Shown piece after piece: positions 18,770-26,508 of a stretch of DNA of 34,667 bases. The translations under genes and the position numbers were made by a program. Within the stretch, counting starts at the first letter, position 1; every line of letters begins with the position of its first letter. Source of the stretch: a virus (taxonomy: Duplodnaviria > Caudoviricetes); IMG/VR virus record IMGVR_UViG_3300035673_000153, positions 1-34,667 of that record. One strand, 5' to 3'. The notes beneath the pieces were generated by a model that worked only from the letters and a program-made list of their open reading frames with translations, was not told the origin of the DNA and ran no database searches.

Positions 18770-18957
18770 CAGCGCCGCCGATAGGGTTGCGGCGTCGGCA
18801 ACATCCTACATGCAACGATGAAGGCCCAAACGATACAGGCGACGAACACCAAGCCGAATGCTGCCGCGCCGAGCCACTGGCCATAATAAACCGATGCAAG
18901 GGCGGCGACCGCAGCCACAACGGCACACACAACGGCAATCGCGAACCGAACCTTCAT
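18769..18957 (-). CDS. Small two-helix membrane protein (62 aa)
   Basis: GAGG RBS, two hydrophobic helices, basic tail; TGATG overlap with HNH. Confidence 0.65.
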   Translation of the reverse strand: MKVRFAIAVVCAVVAAVAALASVYYGQWLGAAAFGLVFVACIVWAFIVACRMLPTPQPYRRR

Positions 18958-18982
18958 TGGTTGCCTCGGGGTTCAACTGCCG

Positions 18983-19147
18983 CTAGCGCTTGCGCTGCTT
19001 TCGCAATCGTTCAAAACCGCCCCGACGCCTCATCGCCTCAGCGTCAGACCAAGACACCCGCAACACGAATGCATCGTTCTCTCTTGCAGTCGCATAACGT
19101 GTGTTCAGTGACCACCTGCCGAAACGATATCGCTTAAGCCCGCGCAT
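18983..19147 (-). CDS. Small basic hypothetical protein (54 aa)
   Basis: ATG at 19147 overlaps the end of the ParA-like gene; Arg-rich. Confidence 0.45.
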   Translation of the reverse strand: MRGLKRYRFGRWSLNTRYATARENDAFVLRVSWSDAEAMRRRGGFERLRKQRKR

Positions 19148-19829
19148 CGTCGACAAGCTGATATAGACCGGCTTCGGTGAAGGCTGCATAAGTCTCGCGC
19201 AGCCACGCCCTCACATACCCGATCAGTATTCGCGATTGCGAGGCGTCGACACAGTACGCGCTGAACGACATGCCGAGCCGCTGTATCTCAGTACATGCGC
19301 GCGCCTGCAGGTGTGGGATTGTCAGGGATGGCGAGCCGGTCAGCGCAGCCTTGAAGCGCGGGTCCGCTTCCCATTCCTCAAAGCCCGACTCATTGACGAA
19401 GTTCTTCACTAAGAGATGCCGCGCGCCCGTGCCCAGCCTTTCGGTGATAGCCGCGATCTCGGATAGGCTGGCAGTGCTCGGGCCTAGGACGTGAAGCAGT
19501 GCCAAATTGAAATTGCCGCCGCGAACGTCATCAAGCAGGCCAGTGCGGTGAAGCGAGCTAAGCACCTCAGTGAACATCCCGGCCTTGACGTCGATCAGCG
19601 TCACGCCCTCTAAGCGATCAAACATCTTCATCTGGTCGTCAAGCGATGGTAGATCGACAACTTCCGCGATGCTGCAGAACTGACGAAGATCCCCGCCGGG
19701 GTACTCGCCATCAAACACCTTGCGGACCGCCTTGCGCTGTCGCAGGTAATCGTCCAGGGCGCGCGCGACGGTCGTCTTGCCGACGCCGCCCTTGTCAGCA
19801 CCGACCATAATCACAAGCGGCTTGCTCAT
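19134..19829 (-). CDS. ParA/MinD-superfamily P-loop ATPase
   Basis: Deviant Walker A KGGVGKTT, VFDGE, Walker B-like TLIDV; GGAAGG RBS. Confidence 0.85.
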   Translation of the reverse strand: MSKPLVIMVGADKGGVGKTTVARALDDYLRQRKAVRKVFDGEYPGGDLRQFCSIAEVVDLPSLDDQMKMFDRLEGVTLIDVKAGMFTEVLSSLHRTGLLDDVRGGNFNLALLHVLGPSTASLSEIAAITERLGTGARHLLVKNFVNESGFEEWEADPRFKAALTGSPSLTIPHLQARACTEIQRLGMSFSAYCVDASQSRILIGYVRAWLRETYAAFTEAGLYQLVDDARA

Positions 19830-19877
19830 CGAGCACCTTCCGATATGGCAGGAGCCATCTGCGCTTCCATCTGAAAT

Positions 19878-19945
19878 TGGTGCCGGGGGACCCCCCGACC
19901 CTCGATTTACAAAATCGCTGCTCTACCAGGCTGAGCTACATCGGC
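19878..19945 (-). pseudogene. tRNA-Thr(UGU)-derived element lacking the T-loop
   Basis: GCCGATG TA GCTC AGCCTGGTA GAGC A GCGAT TTTGTAA ATCGA GGGTC GGGGGGTCCCC CGGC ACCA: intact D arm, anticodon arm and CCA end, but no TTCRA and only 68 nt. Confidence 0.85.
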
Positions 19946-20256
19946 GAAACTTCTAACCACGACCCCCCCCCCCGCTTGATCTTCCTACTTTCGCGGGGCT
20001 TGCGAGCCTTGTCCTTGCGACGTGCGGCTGCTTCATCGGCCGCAGCCGCCACCTCGTCCGGCATGTCGTTAATCTCAGGCCACAACGAACGCGGTCCGGA
20101 AAGCCAGAACGGGTCAAGGTGCTCGATATCAAATTCACGCGTGAGGATTTCGCCGCGGTTATTGATCCAGGCACATAGGGCAACATCATTACTGATGTCG
20201 AAAATCTTCATCAGGCGCCCGCCACCGCCGCGCACCATCTCCCCTGATCTGAGCAT
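19936..20256 (-). CDS. YodC/DUF2158-like protein with basic tail
   Basis: GEMVRGGGGRLMKI...CAWI..G....EF..EHL resembles the YodC pattern; GAGGA RBS. Confidence 0.6.
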   Translation of the reverse strand: MLRSGEMVRGGGGRLMKIFDISNDVALCAWINNRGEILTREFDIEHLDPFWLSGPRSLWPEINDMPDEVAAAADEAAARRKDKARKPRESRKIKRGGGSWLEVSPM

Positions 20257-20268
20257 TTGATTGCGTCC

Positions 20269-21438
20269 TCAGTCCGCATAGTCATGCGCGTCGGTGGTGA
20301 GCCTGTCGAGAAACGTCATTTCGGTATCTTCGGACAACGGCTGATCTAGCGATTTTGAACTGTAGGTTTCCATCCGCCGATTATGGGCAGTCACAAAGGC
20401 CGCCGCGCGCTCCGCCATTTCCTCAATCGGAAAGGAGTTAAGCAGAACGGCTTCGATCAAGTCGGACTTCACGTCGTCCCGAATATGTTCTGGCAAGCCG
20501 TGCCCTACAGCAGCGTCTGCGGCTCGATAAAGTTCTTCCTGCAGGAGCTGACCGCGAAGAACGGCGGTTTGATAGACCGGCCGCCTTGACTTGCGGGCGG
20601 CGGGCCTGTTCTCGCGGGCTTCATTAAACCCCGACGCAAACTCCAGATTTATCTTCCGATAGCGCAGAACAGTACCAGCGTCGGGCATGCCTTCTAATTT
20701 GAGGGCGGCACTCTGCGACATGCCTGATGCGATCAGAGCAAGGAACCGTTGGCGGGCATCCTCGCCGAACGCTAAGCTGGCACCGCGCGCGGAACGGAGC
20801 GGATCGACCGGCCCCATTCCCCCTTCACACATCCCTCTTATTCGAGAGCTACGCGCAGATTTAAACAGAACAGCAAACGCATCGTCGCGCTTACTTCTCC
20901 TCACAAGGAGATCGTAATTCGGAAGTCCCTCGACCTTAAACTCTACCGCTCTCACTGTTATTGCTGAGGCGAACGCATCGCAGGCTTTGCGGTATTGTTC
21001 CTTGGTGTAACGTATCCACCCGTTGCTTGACTCGACGCGTCTGCGCGCTTCGCTTAGCTGCCCTGCGAAGTCCAAATCAGTCTTTGCATATTCCCCGACG
21101 ATATGTCGGTCAGGCATCCCCTCAGCTTCAAGAGTTTGGTGCAACGTTTTCCCGGCGTTGATCGATGCCAAGATTTGGCAGCGTAGCTGAGCCGTCATCA
21201 CTAGGTGAGCGCGCTCGCTAAATCTTTCGCGGCGCCGATGTCGCTTCCGTTGTTTCGACAGCCGCCCACGGTCCTCTTCCGCCTGGGCAAACGCCGCAGC
21301 AAAAACTAAATCTGTGTTTAGCCAGAGGCTGATAGTGCCCTTGTCCGGCAGTCCAAGCTCTTCCCTGTCAATGGATCGGACCGAGTGGCCGGAACGTATC
21401 GCCTGCAGCACCGCTGCCTTTGCTTGGTCGTGAAGCAT
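20269..21438 (-). CDS. Protein with four tandem HTH-like repeats and a sigma-factor-like C-terminus
   Basis: Four copies of G[LM]P-x11-[DN]-x2-F-A-x5-A; C-terminal IRDDVKSDLIEAVL and SLDQPLSEDTEMTFLDRL. Confidence 0.8.
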   Translation of the reverse strand: MLHDQAKAAVLQAIRSGHSVRSIDREELGLPDKGTISLWLNTDLVFAAAFAQAEEDRGRLSKQRKRHRRRERFSERAHLVMTAQLRCQILASINAGKTLHQTLEAEGMPDRHIVGEYAKTDLDFAGQLSEARRRVESSNGWIRYTKEQYRKACDAFASAITVRAVEFKVEGLPNYDLLVRRSKRDDAFAVLFKSARSSRIRGMCEGGMGPVDPLRSARGASLAFGEDARQRFLALIASGMSQSAALKLEGMPDAGTVLRYRKINLEFASGFNEARENRPAARKSRRPVYQTAVLRGQLLQEELYRAADAAVGHGLPEHIRDDVKSDLIEAVLLNSFPIEEMAERAAAFVTAHNRRMETYSSKSLDQPLSEDTEMTFLDRLTTDAHDYAD

Positions 21439-21449
21439 CTGATCAACGC

Positions 21450-21479
21450 AAAAACCCGCCGCGGATTTCTCCGGACGGG
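21450..21479 (-). terminator. Intrinsic terminator after the late promoter (tR'-like)
   Basis: Minus strand CCCGTCCGGA-gaaa-TCCGCGGCGGG followed by TTTTT. Confidence 0.75.
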
Positions 21480-21511
21480 CTGCTTCCGACGCAATTTCTG
21501 CTTATGCCTGA

Positions 21512-21540
21512 TTCGTATGTTATGTCTGTCGCATTGTCAA
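21512..21540 (-). promoter_or_regulatory. Late promoter (pR'-like)
   Basis: TTGACA-17 nt-TACGAA on the minus strand, overlapping the stop of the late regulator gene and followed by a terminator. Confidence 0.65.
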
Positions 21541-22364
21541 CGGTCGACATAAGGAGCCACGCTGTTGACTGTGCGCAACCCGGCATCGCCTGTTTTTACC
21601 TCTTCCTTCGACGGGCGGAAAGCTTCGGTCTTTCGATGCTGCGGCTTTGGATGCCAAAGCGCCCCAAGCAAAGTCAGCGACTCGCGCAGAACGCGGCCAA
21701 CATAGTTCGCATCCCGCGCCGCGACGGCTTGACCTTCACTGTAGCTATAGATCAAGCGCGCGCATTCTTCCGTTGTCCTCCCGCTGCAAATGATTTGGTC
21801 CACGATAACCGTTGCTCGGGCTCCTAGATGTGCTCTGGCGGTTTTTAGCTTCTCGCTCAGCATTATCAACGCATCGGACGGCCCGCGGCTTCCGCCACCG
21901 CCTCGTATCCGGCTAAAGTCCATGGAACCGCCAAGGCTGGAGTGAAGCGCTTCAAACGCGTCCCTATAGGTATCGGCTGCCATGACCTGAAACTGATCTA
22001 GTTTGTTTTTGCCTTGCAGCCGGTGCATCGCCGGCACCGTGCGAGTCTTTTCGAGGACGCGCTCAGTTGGATCGGCACCTAGCTTTTGCTTCGAAGGCTT
22101 ACCCTTCGTGTGCTTCGTGATGTTGAGCGGGTCCGCGCCGACGAGGGCACGGCGTTTTGCTTCCGATGTCAGCCTCTTGACGCGGTCGAGTTCAGCCTTC
22201 GCCCGCTTCGCGCCTTCGGTGGATCGCCCCTCTACAAGATCGAGGCAGTCCAGGATGAAATCGCGCGCGGCGTCGCGCTGCCGCTCATACTGGATTTGCG
22301 CTACGGGATCAGCGGCCATTCTCTTGCTAAAGCGCTCGTGTCGACGGCGTCTGTGCGGGATCAT
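21537..22364 (-). CDS. Late transcription regulator / antiterminator (DUF6456-like, Q position)
   Basis: Q..AADTYRDAFE..SMDFSRIRGGG..IVDQIICSG..VLRESLTLLGALW pattern; last gene of the early operon. Confidence 0.75.
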   Translation of the reverse strand: MIPHRRRRHERFSKRMAADPVAQIQYERQRDAARDFILDCLDLVEGRSTEGAKRAKAELDRVKRLTSEAKRRALVGADPLNITKHTKGKPSKQKLGADPTERVLEKTRTVPAMHRLQGKNKLDQFQVMAADTYRDAFEALHSSLGGSMDFSRIRGGGGSRGPSDALIMLSEKLKTARAHLGARATVIVDQIICSGRTTEECARLIYSYSEGQAVAARDANYVGRVLRESLTLLGALWHPKPQHRKTEAFRPSKEEVKTGDAGLRTVNSVAPYVDR

Positions 22365-22741
22365 CAGCGGCGCCGCCTTCTATTCCAGATCGGAACCTGT
22401 TTTGGCTTCCGATCAATTTCGTCTGCGAAACGCAAGATGCTTTCGATGTCAGCGGCAGTGCTCGCAACACCGAACAAGCGAGCCTCAATCGAAACCAGCG
22501 CCGTTTGATGTTTCGACGGCCGCGGTATCCATGTTCTTTTTATGTGTGCAAGTTCCCATTCTGATATGCCCGGCCAAGGCAAGGTCGGTTGCCGGCGATC
22601 GACTGCGAACCGCGAGTAGGTCGTTTCGTATCTGCCCTTCTTCAATACCCACGGCCTGCACCGCGTCCAATCGCCGTCAAGCCGGTCGCAACTGACACGG
22701 TAAAGGTTTGCGGTCTCTGTCCGGGCGGTGACGAGGCTCAT
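22364..22741 (-). CDS. Hypothetical protein (125 aa)
   Basis: Start/stop overlaps at both ends. Confidence 0.65.
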   Translation of the reverse strand: MSLVTARTETANLYRVSCDRLDGDWTRCRPWVLKKGRYETTYSRFAVDRRQPTLPWPGISEWELAHIKRTWIPRPSKHQTALVSIEARLFGVASTAADIESILRFADEIDRKPKQVPIWNRRRRR

Positions 22742-23166
22742 GACTGCTTCCAAAATGTTCCCCTGCGCACAGGATCGGCGATTGACGATGGAAGTTCTTT
22801 GCCTCTCTCGAAAACAAGTTCCCAGACTTTACTCGCCAAAGACCCATCAACTTCGGAATCGATTATCCCACCAAGGCTATCGGCGAAGCTGTGAGGCGGG
22901 GCTGGTCCGATGATCCGGCGACCTTGTAGCGCCTGGTTCACCGGAGCGGGCGTTGACGACAAGAGGCGGCGGCAAATCGTGGCGGCGACCTTGTTAGCTA
23001 CCTCGGGCAACATCCTTTGATCGTCGCGAAGCACCTGCGCAATCATCCGCTCTGCCTTGATGGCGTCCAATTGAATTTCAGTTATTCGTTGCGGTGCCGC
23101 TTCCTGCGTTGCCTCAACAGTGATCAGCTTCACACCCTGCAAAATCGCCAAAGCTTTTTCGCTCAT
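22738..23166 (-). CDS. Hypothetical protein (142 aa)
   Basis: ATGA overlaps at both ends; start placed at 23166. Confidence 0.65.
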   Translation of the reverse strand: MSEKALAILQGVKLITVEATQEAAPQRITEIQLDAIKAERMIAQVLRDDQRMLPEVANKVAATICRRLLSSTPAPVNQALQGRRIIGPAPPHSFADSLGGIIDSEVDGSLASKVWELVFERGKELPSSIADPVRRGTFWKQS

Positions 23167-23717
23167 TCGCTGGCCCTGCTTTTTTCGACGGGATATTGCT
23201 TGGCGAGCGCCTTCGCGATTTCCTCGCTGATGCTGGTGTAGTGGCCCTTGGCGCTGGCGCGGACTGCTTCGAAAAGCGCAACGGGCAGCGTGACGCTGGC
23301 GCGGCATCGGCCTTCGCCACAACCGGCCGTGGAACCCTTGGCCTTGTCTGCCTGATAGCCCGTCCCCACTACGGCGCTCCTCCTGGTGCGCAGGACGCCG
23401 CTGCAGTGCGGACAGCGGTCGACTTCGACGCCGTGCATTGCTTGTCCGGCAAACATGCTGCCGATCACCGCTAATTCGCGGGCGCTGGTCCGGCGTCTAT
23501 TGACGAGTTGATCGAACAGCGCGTCAGGGATCGCCGCCATCATTTTGGAGCGCCAAAGGTCGATCCTGGTCGTGCCGAGAAGCTTGCAAAGTCGACGTTC
23601 CGAATAAACCTCAAGACCGTCGCGTAAATTCGCCAGATATTCGTCGGCCGTCTCTGCCGGTTTCCAGTTCGGCTGGTCGGCATGGGGGTGGCTCCCCGGG
23701 GAGCATGTGTCTGTCAT
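23163..23717 (-). CDS. Putative DNA-binding protein: HTH + CPHC + ribbon-helix-helix
   Basis: SERRLCKLLGTTRIDLWRSKMMAAIPDALFDQL (ParB-type HTH pattern); RASVTLPVALFEAVRASAKGHYTSISEEIAKAL (Arc/RHH pattern). Confidence 0.6.
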   Translation of the reverse strand: MTDTCSPGSHPHADQPNWKPAETADEYLANLRDGLEVYSERRLCKLLGTTRIDLWRSKMMAAIPDALFDQLVNRRRTSARELAVIGSMFAGQAMHGVEVDRCPHCSGVLRTRRSAVVGTGYQADKAKGSTAGCGEGRCRASVTLPVALFEAVRASAKGHYTSISEEIAKALAKQYPVEKSRASE

Positions 23718-23986
23718 TGCACCACACCGCCGTTAGCTGATGCGAGCGGCCGTCCAGCTGCGACCCGGGCGAGGCGCCTTGCCTCTTCCCCTGCGAACAG
23801 CACCAACTCACCGAAAAACGATTCGATCGCCGCAATAGACACCGATTGCGCAATGGCTTCTACGGCCTGGTCATTCCAGGGCGGCGGCATGCCGCCGCGG
23901 ATCAAATCGAGAAGCACAAGGCCAAGCGCTTGCGTTACGACTTGCCTCCAGTTTGGATTTAGCTCTGTGAAAAATTCTGGCGTCAC
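23714..23986 (-). CDS. Hypothetical protein (90 aa)
   Basis: GTGA/ATGA overlaps; GAGG RBS. Confidence 0.65.
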   Translation of the reverse strand: MTPEFFTELNPNWRQVVTQALGLVLLDLIRGGMPPPWNDQAVEAIAQSVSIAAIESFFGELVLFAGEEARRLARVAAGRPLASANGGVVQ

Positions 23987-24210
23987 TCGGGCTCGACCTC
24001 TCTAGTCGTGAAGTCGATAGCAAGATCACCTACATGCTCACCGCGGGCGACACGTTGAACGATATCGTCGTGGCCCTTTGTCCATTGCAAACCCACCGAA
24101 AGAAGCAGGCTGATCATCCGCCGCACGCCAACGGGCTGCATACGAAAGCCCAAATAGAACAGCTTACTTCCAACAAGCGCCATCAAGTCAGTTGCAAATG
24201 ATTTGATCAT
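23983..24210 (-). CDS. Hypothetical protein (75 aa)
   Basis: ATGA overlap with the methyltransferase stop; GGAG RBS. Confidence 0.65.
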   Translation of the reverse strand: MIKSFATDLMALVGSKLFYLGFRMQPVGVRRMISLLLSVGLQWTKGHDDIVQRVARGEHVGDLAIDFTTREVEPE

Positions 24211-25079
24211 GCCGCTGTCTCCAAATTAGAGAACAGGTCGCTTTGCAGCGGTCGTGCCGCGATCAACCGCGCGGTTGCTGCTGCTATCGCATCGGCCGAA
24301 ATATCAATTCCAATCGAGCGACGACCAAGTTTTGACGCTGCCACTAACGTCGTGCCGCTGCCCATCGTTGGGTCGCAGACGAGGTCGCCAGGCACGGTTG
24401 CCGCGATGATCAATTCCCCAAGCAGTGCAATAGGTTTTTGCGTGGGGTAGCCGACGCGCTCCTTTGACGAAAACGAGCCGAGCGGCGCGGCGGCTGCAAA
24501 GTCGTTGAAGTGAATATCGGGGTCTCGGCTGATCGGGTCGCCGATCGCACGTCCGCAGCGCCACAGCTTGAAGCGCGCCGCCCTGGAGCGGCCCCATACC
24601 GCTATCGTGTCGTGAACGCGTCCAAATTTATTGGCGCTACTCTTGCCGCCCTCTGTCCGCTTCCAAACCAGCGTCCCGACGCTGTTCTCCGGTCCAAAAA
24701 CAATATCGCAGATCAACCGCAGATAGGCGCCCATCGTGTCGTCAAAGTGCAGCCACAGCGTCCCCGTCAATTTTAGGACGCGCCGCACCTGGATCAAGAG
24801 TCCGGCCATCACACCAAGATAAGCTCGTGACGCCGCCTTGGTCGCGGTAGCCGCGAGCAGTAGCGCATGACCGCTGGCGCTGAAATTTCGCAGGCTCTGC
24901 CAGCCGAGTTCGGACTTTGCGGACGGTTTCCATTTGTCCGAAAACGAGCCGGCCTTGCCTTTCCAAATTTGCTCATTTCCGAAAGGTGGATCGCAGTACA
25001 CCATATCGACGGAGCACGGCACCAGCGAACGCAGGACTTCAGCGCCATCACCGTGCAACAGTATGGCCTTCTCGCTCAT
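24207..25079 (-). CDS. Orphan N6-adenine/N4-cytosine DNA methyltransferase, beta class
   Basis: Catalytic DPPF near the N-terminus, YPTQKP, SAM-binding DPTMGSGTT near the C-terminus; no restriction gene adjacent; start placed at ATG 25079. Confidence 0.92.
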   Translation of the reverse strand: MSEKAILLHGDGAEVLRSLVPCSVDMVYCDPPFGNEQIWKGKAGSFSDKWKPSAKSELGWQSLRNFSASGHALLLAATATKAASRAYLGVMAGLLIQVRRVLKLTGTLWLHFDDTMGAYLRLICDIVFGPENSVGTLVWKRTEGGKSSANKFGRVHDTIAVWGRSRAARFKLWRCGRAIGDPISRDPDIHFNDFAAAAPLGSFSSKERVGYPTQKPIALLGELIIAATVPGDLVCDPTMGSGTTLVAASKLGRRSIGIDISADAIAAATARLIAARPLQSDLFSNLETAA

Positions 25080-26155
25080 GCCGACTTCGCCTCTAGGCAA
25101 CCATATGCGCAATCCGCGCAGGACTTTGACTTCAGATCCCCGATATATTTTTCATCGCAGCTGGCGCATGCACGCAGGACGTGCCCGGGAATCCAGCCGC
25201 TGAACTTGGCGCGGCCGTCACGCTTGCCGATGCTGCTTGCCTTCACTGGCGATTTAGCCAGTGACCGCTTGGGCGTCACTGTGTTCGGACACAGCGACTT
25301 CTCAATGGGGATTTCCCCAGTGACGCCACCAGCACTTGCTGGTGCCCTTACGCGGCGGTTTTTAAACCACGTCACGGCGATTGCCTTCCAGAGCGAGATC
25401 GACGGATGCGCCGCCACGAACATCTTCGCCTCGGCTTCCGCCCTCGGCCCCATGGCGACGATGATGGCCGGTAACTTGTCCGCCGGCAGGTCCCCATATT
25501 CAGGATCGTGCAAGAGCAGGTCGGCCGCCTTGATCTCGATTTGTGTTATCGGCGCCAGCCCCGCCCGCACCAGGCACGCCAGGACGCGGGTTGTGGCTTC
25601 CTCTCCGCGGCTCCGGATCAAGGCGCCGATGGCGGTGACGGCCACCGTCGAGGCTGGCGGGTAACGCCCTGCCCCTTGCGTCGTGCGCAGTACTGTGACG
25701 CCTACAGCGCCGCATACCCGTTGAATTGCCAAGGCGTCGTCCTGCCCGGCCGCGAGGGCGGCGACGTGCAACTGCGTGGCGGTGACGGAAACGCGGTCCC
25801 GGTTGTGGCTTATGAAAGCACCCGCTCGATCGGTGCGCTCGGGCGCGTCGATGATCATGACGGGGATCTTCGGAATATCCGGATGCGACGCCGCCGCTAT
25901 CGCCGTGTGCTGACCGTCAATGAGCTCGATCCCGTCGTCGACGAGGACGCCGACTGGCGCCTTGAACTTCGCCCAGTCCCAGCCGCCGATGATCTTGCGG
26001 ACAAGCTTCAAGCTGCGCTCGCTGCTGTCGCGTTGGTAGCCTTCGTCTACAAGCAGCGTTGCCGGGTCAACCCACTCAAAGATCGGCAAGGCGCGCGGGG
26101 TGCCGCCAGCCTCGAAACCGTTCAGCGCGATAGGGGTGATCGGACGATGACTCAC
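25076..26155 (-). CDS. ParB-N-like (DUF6551-type) protein with C-terminal Zn finger
   Basis: LLVDEGYQR and LIDGQHT motifs; terminal CASC..CADC. Confidence 0.8.
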   Translation of the reverse strand: MSHRPITPIALNGFEAGGTPRALPIFEWVDPATLLVDEGYQRDSSERSLKLVRKIIGGWDWAKFKAPVGVLVDDGIELIDGQHTAIAAASHPDIPKIPVMIIDAPERTDRAGAFISHNRDRVSVTATQLHVAALAAGQDDALAIQRVCGAVGVTVLRTTQGAGRYPPASTVAVTAIGALIRSRGEEATTRVLACLVRAGLAPITQIEIKAADLLLHDPEYGDLPADKLPAIIVAMGPRAEAEAKMFVAAHPSISLWKAIAVTWFKNRRVRAPASAGGVTGEIPIEKSLCPNTVTPKRSLAKSPVKASSIGKRDGRAKFSGWIPGHVLRACASCDEKYIGDLKSKSCADCAYGCLEAKSA

Positions 26156-26508
26156 CGCGCGGCATCCTCTCGCTCATGGCGGATGCGCTCACGGACGCGC
26201 TTGCCTGGACGCCGTCGACGACCTTCTTCCCTCGCAAACTTTCCGTCCCGGCTGCGCGCGGCGTTACCCGCCTTGCGAAGTTGGTTGGCGATATCCCACA
26301 AGGCCGCAGGCTCGTTCGACATGATCGAACGCGGCACGGCCACGCGGACCTTGTGTTCCGTGCTGGCGCCGCCGGCGTCGAACATCACCCGATAGAAAAC
26401 GGTTTCGTAATGATCCCGCCGCATGGTCGAGTGCGTCCAAGGGAAGCACCGATGCCAGTCGTTCGACAGCGGGTAGAGGTTTGCGATTTCCGCCGGTGGT
26501 ATTTTCAT
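26152..26508 (-). CDS. Hypothetical protein (118 aa)
   Basis: AGGAGG RBS, overlaps at both ends. Confidence 0.7.
   Translation of the reverse strand: MKIPPAEIANLYPLSNDWHRCFPWTHSTMRRDHYETVFYRVMFDAGGASTEHKVRVAVPRSIMSNEPAALWDIANQLRKAGNAARSRDGKFAREEGRRRRPGKRVRERIRHEREDAAR

Noticed and set aside
19878-19945. tRNA remnant as an att site or prophage boundary
   Set aside because: Phage genes continue co-oriented on both sides, it is far from the integrase, and no second copy was seen.
24207-25079. Restriction-modification system
   Set aside because: No endonuclease motif in neighbouring genes; treated as an orphan methyltransferase.
24867-26395. Plus-strand ORFs of 265 and 295 aa
   Set aside because: Antisense to the MTase and DUF6551-like genes; composition typical of shadow frames.
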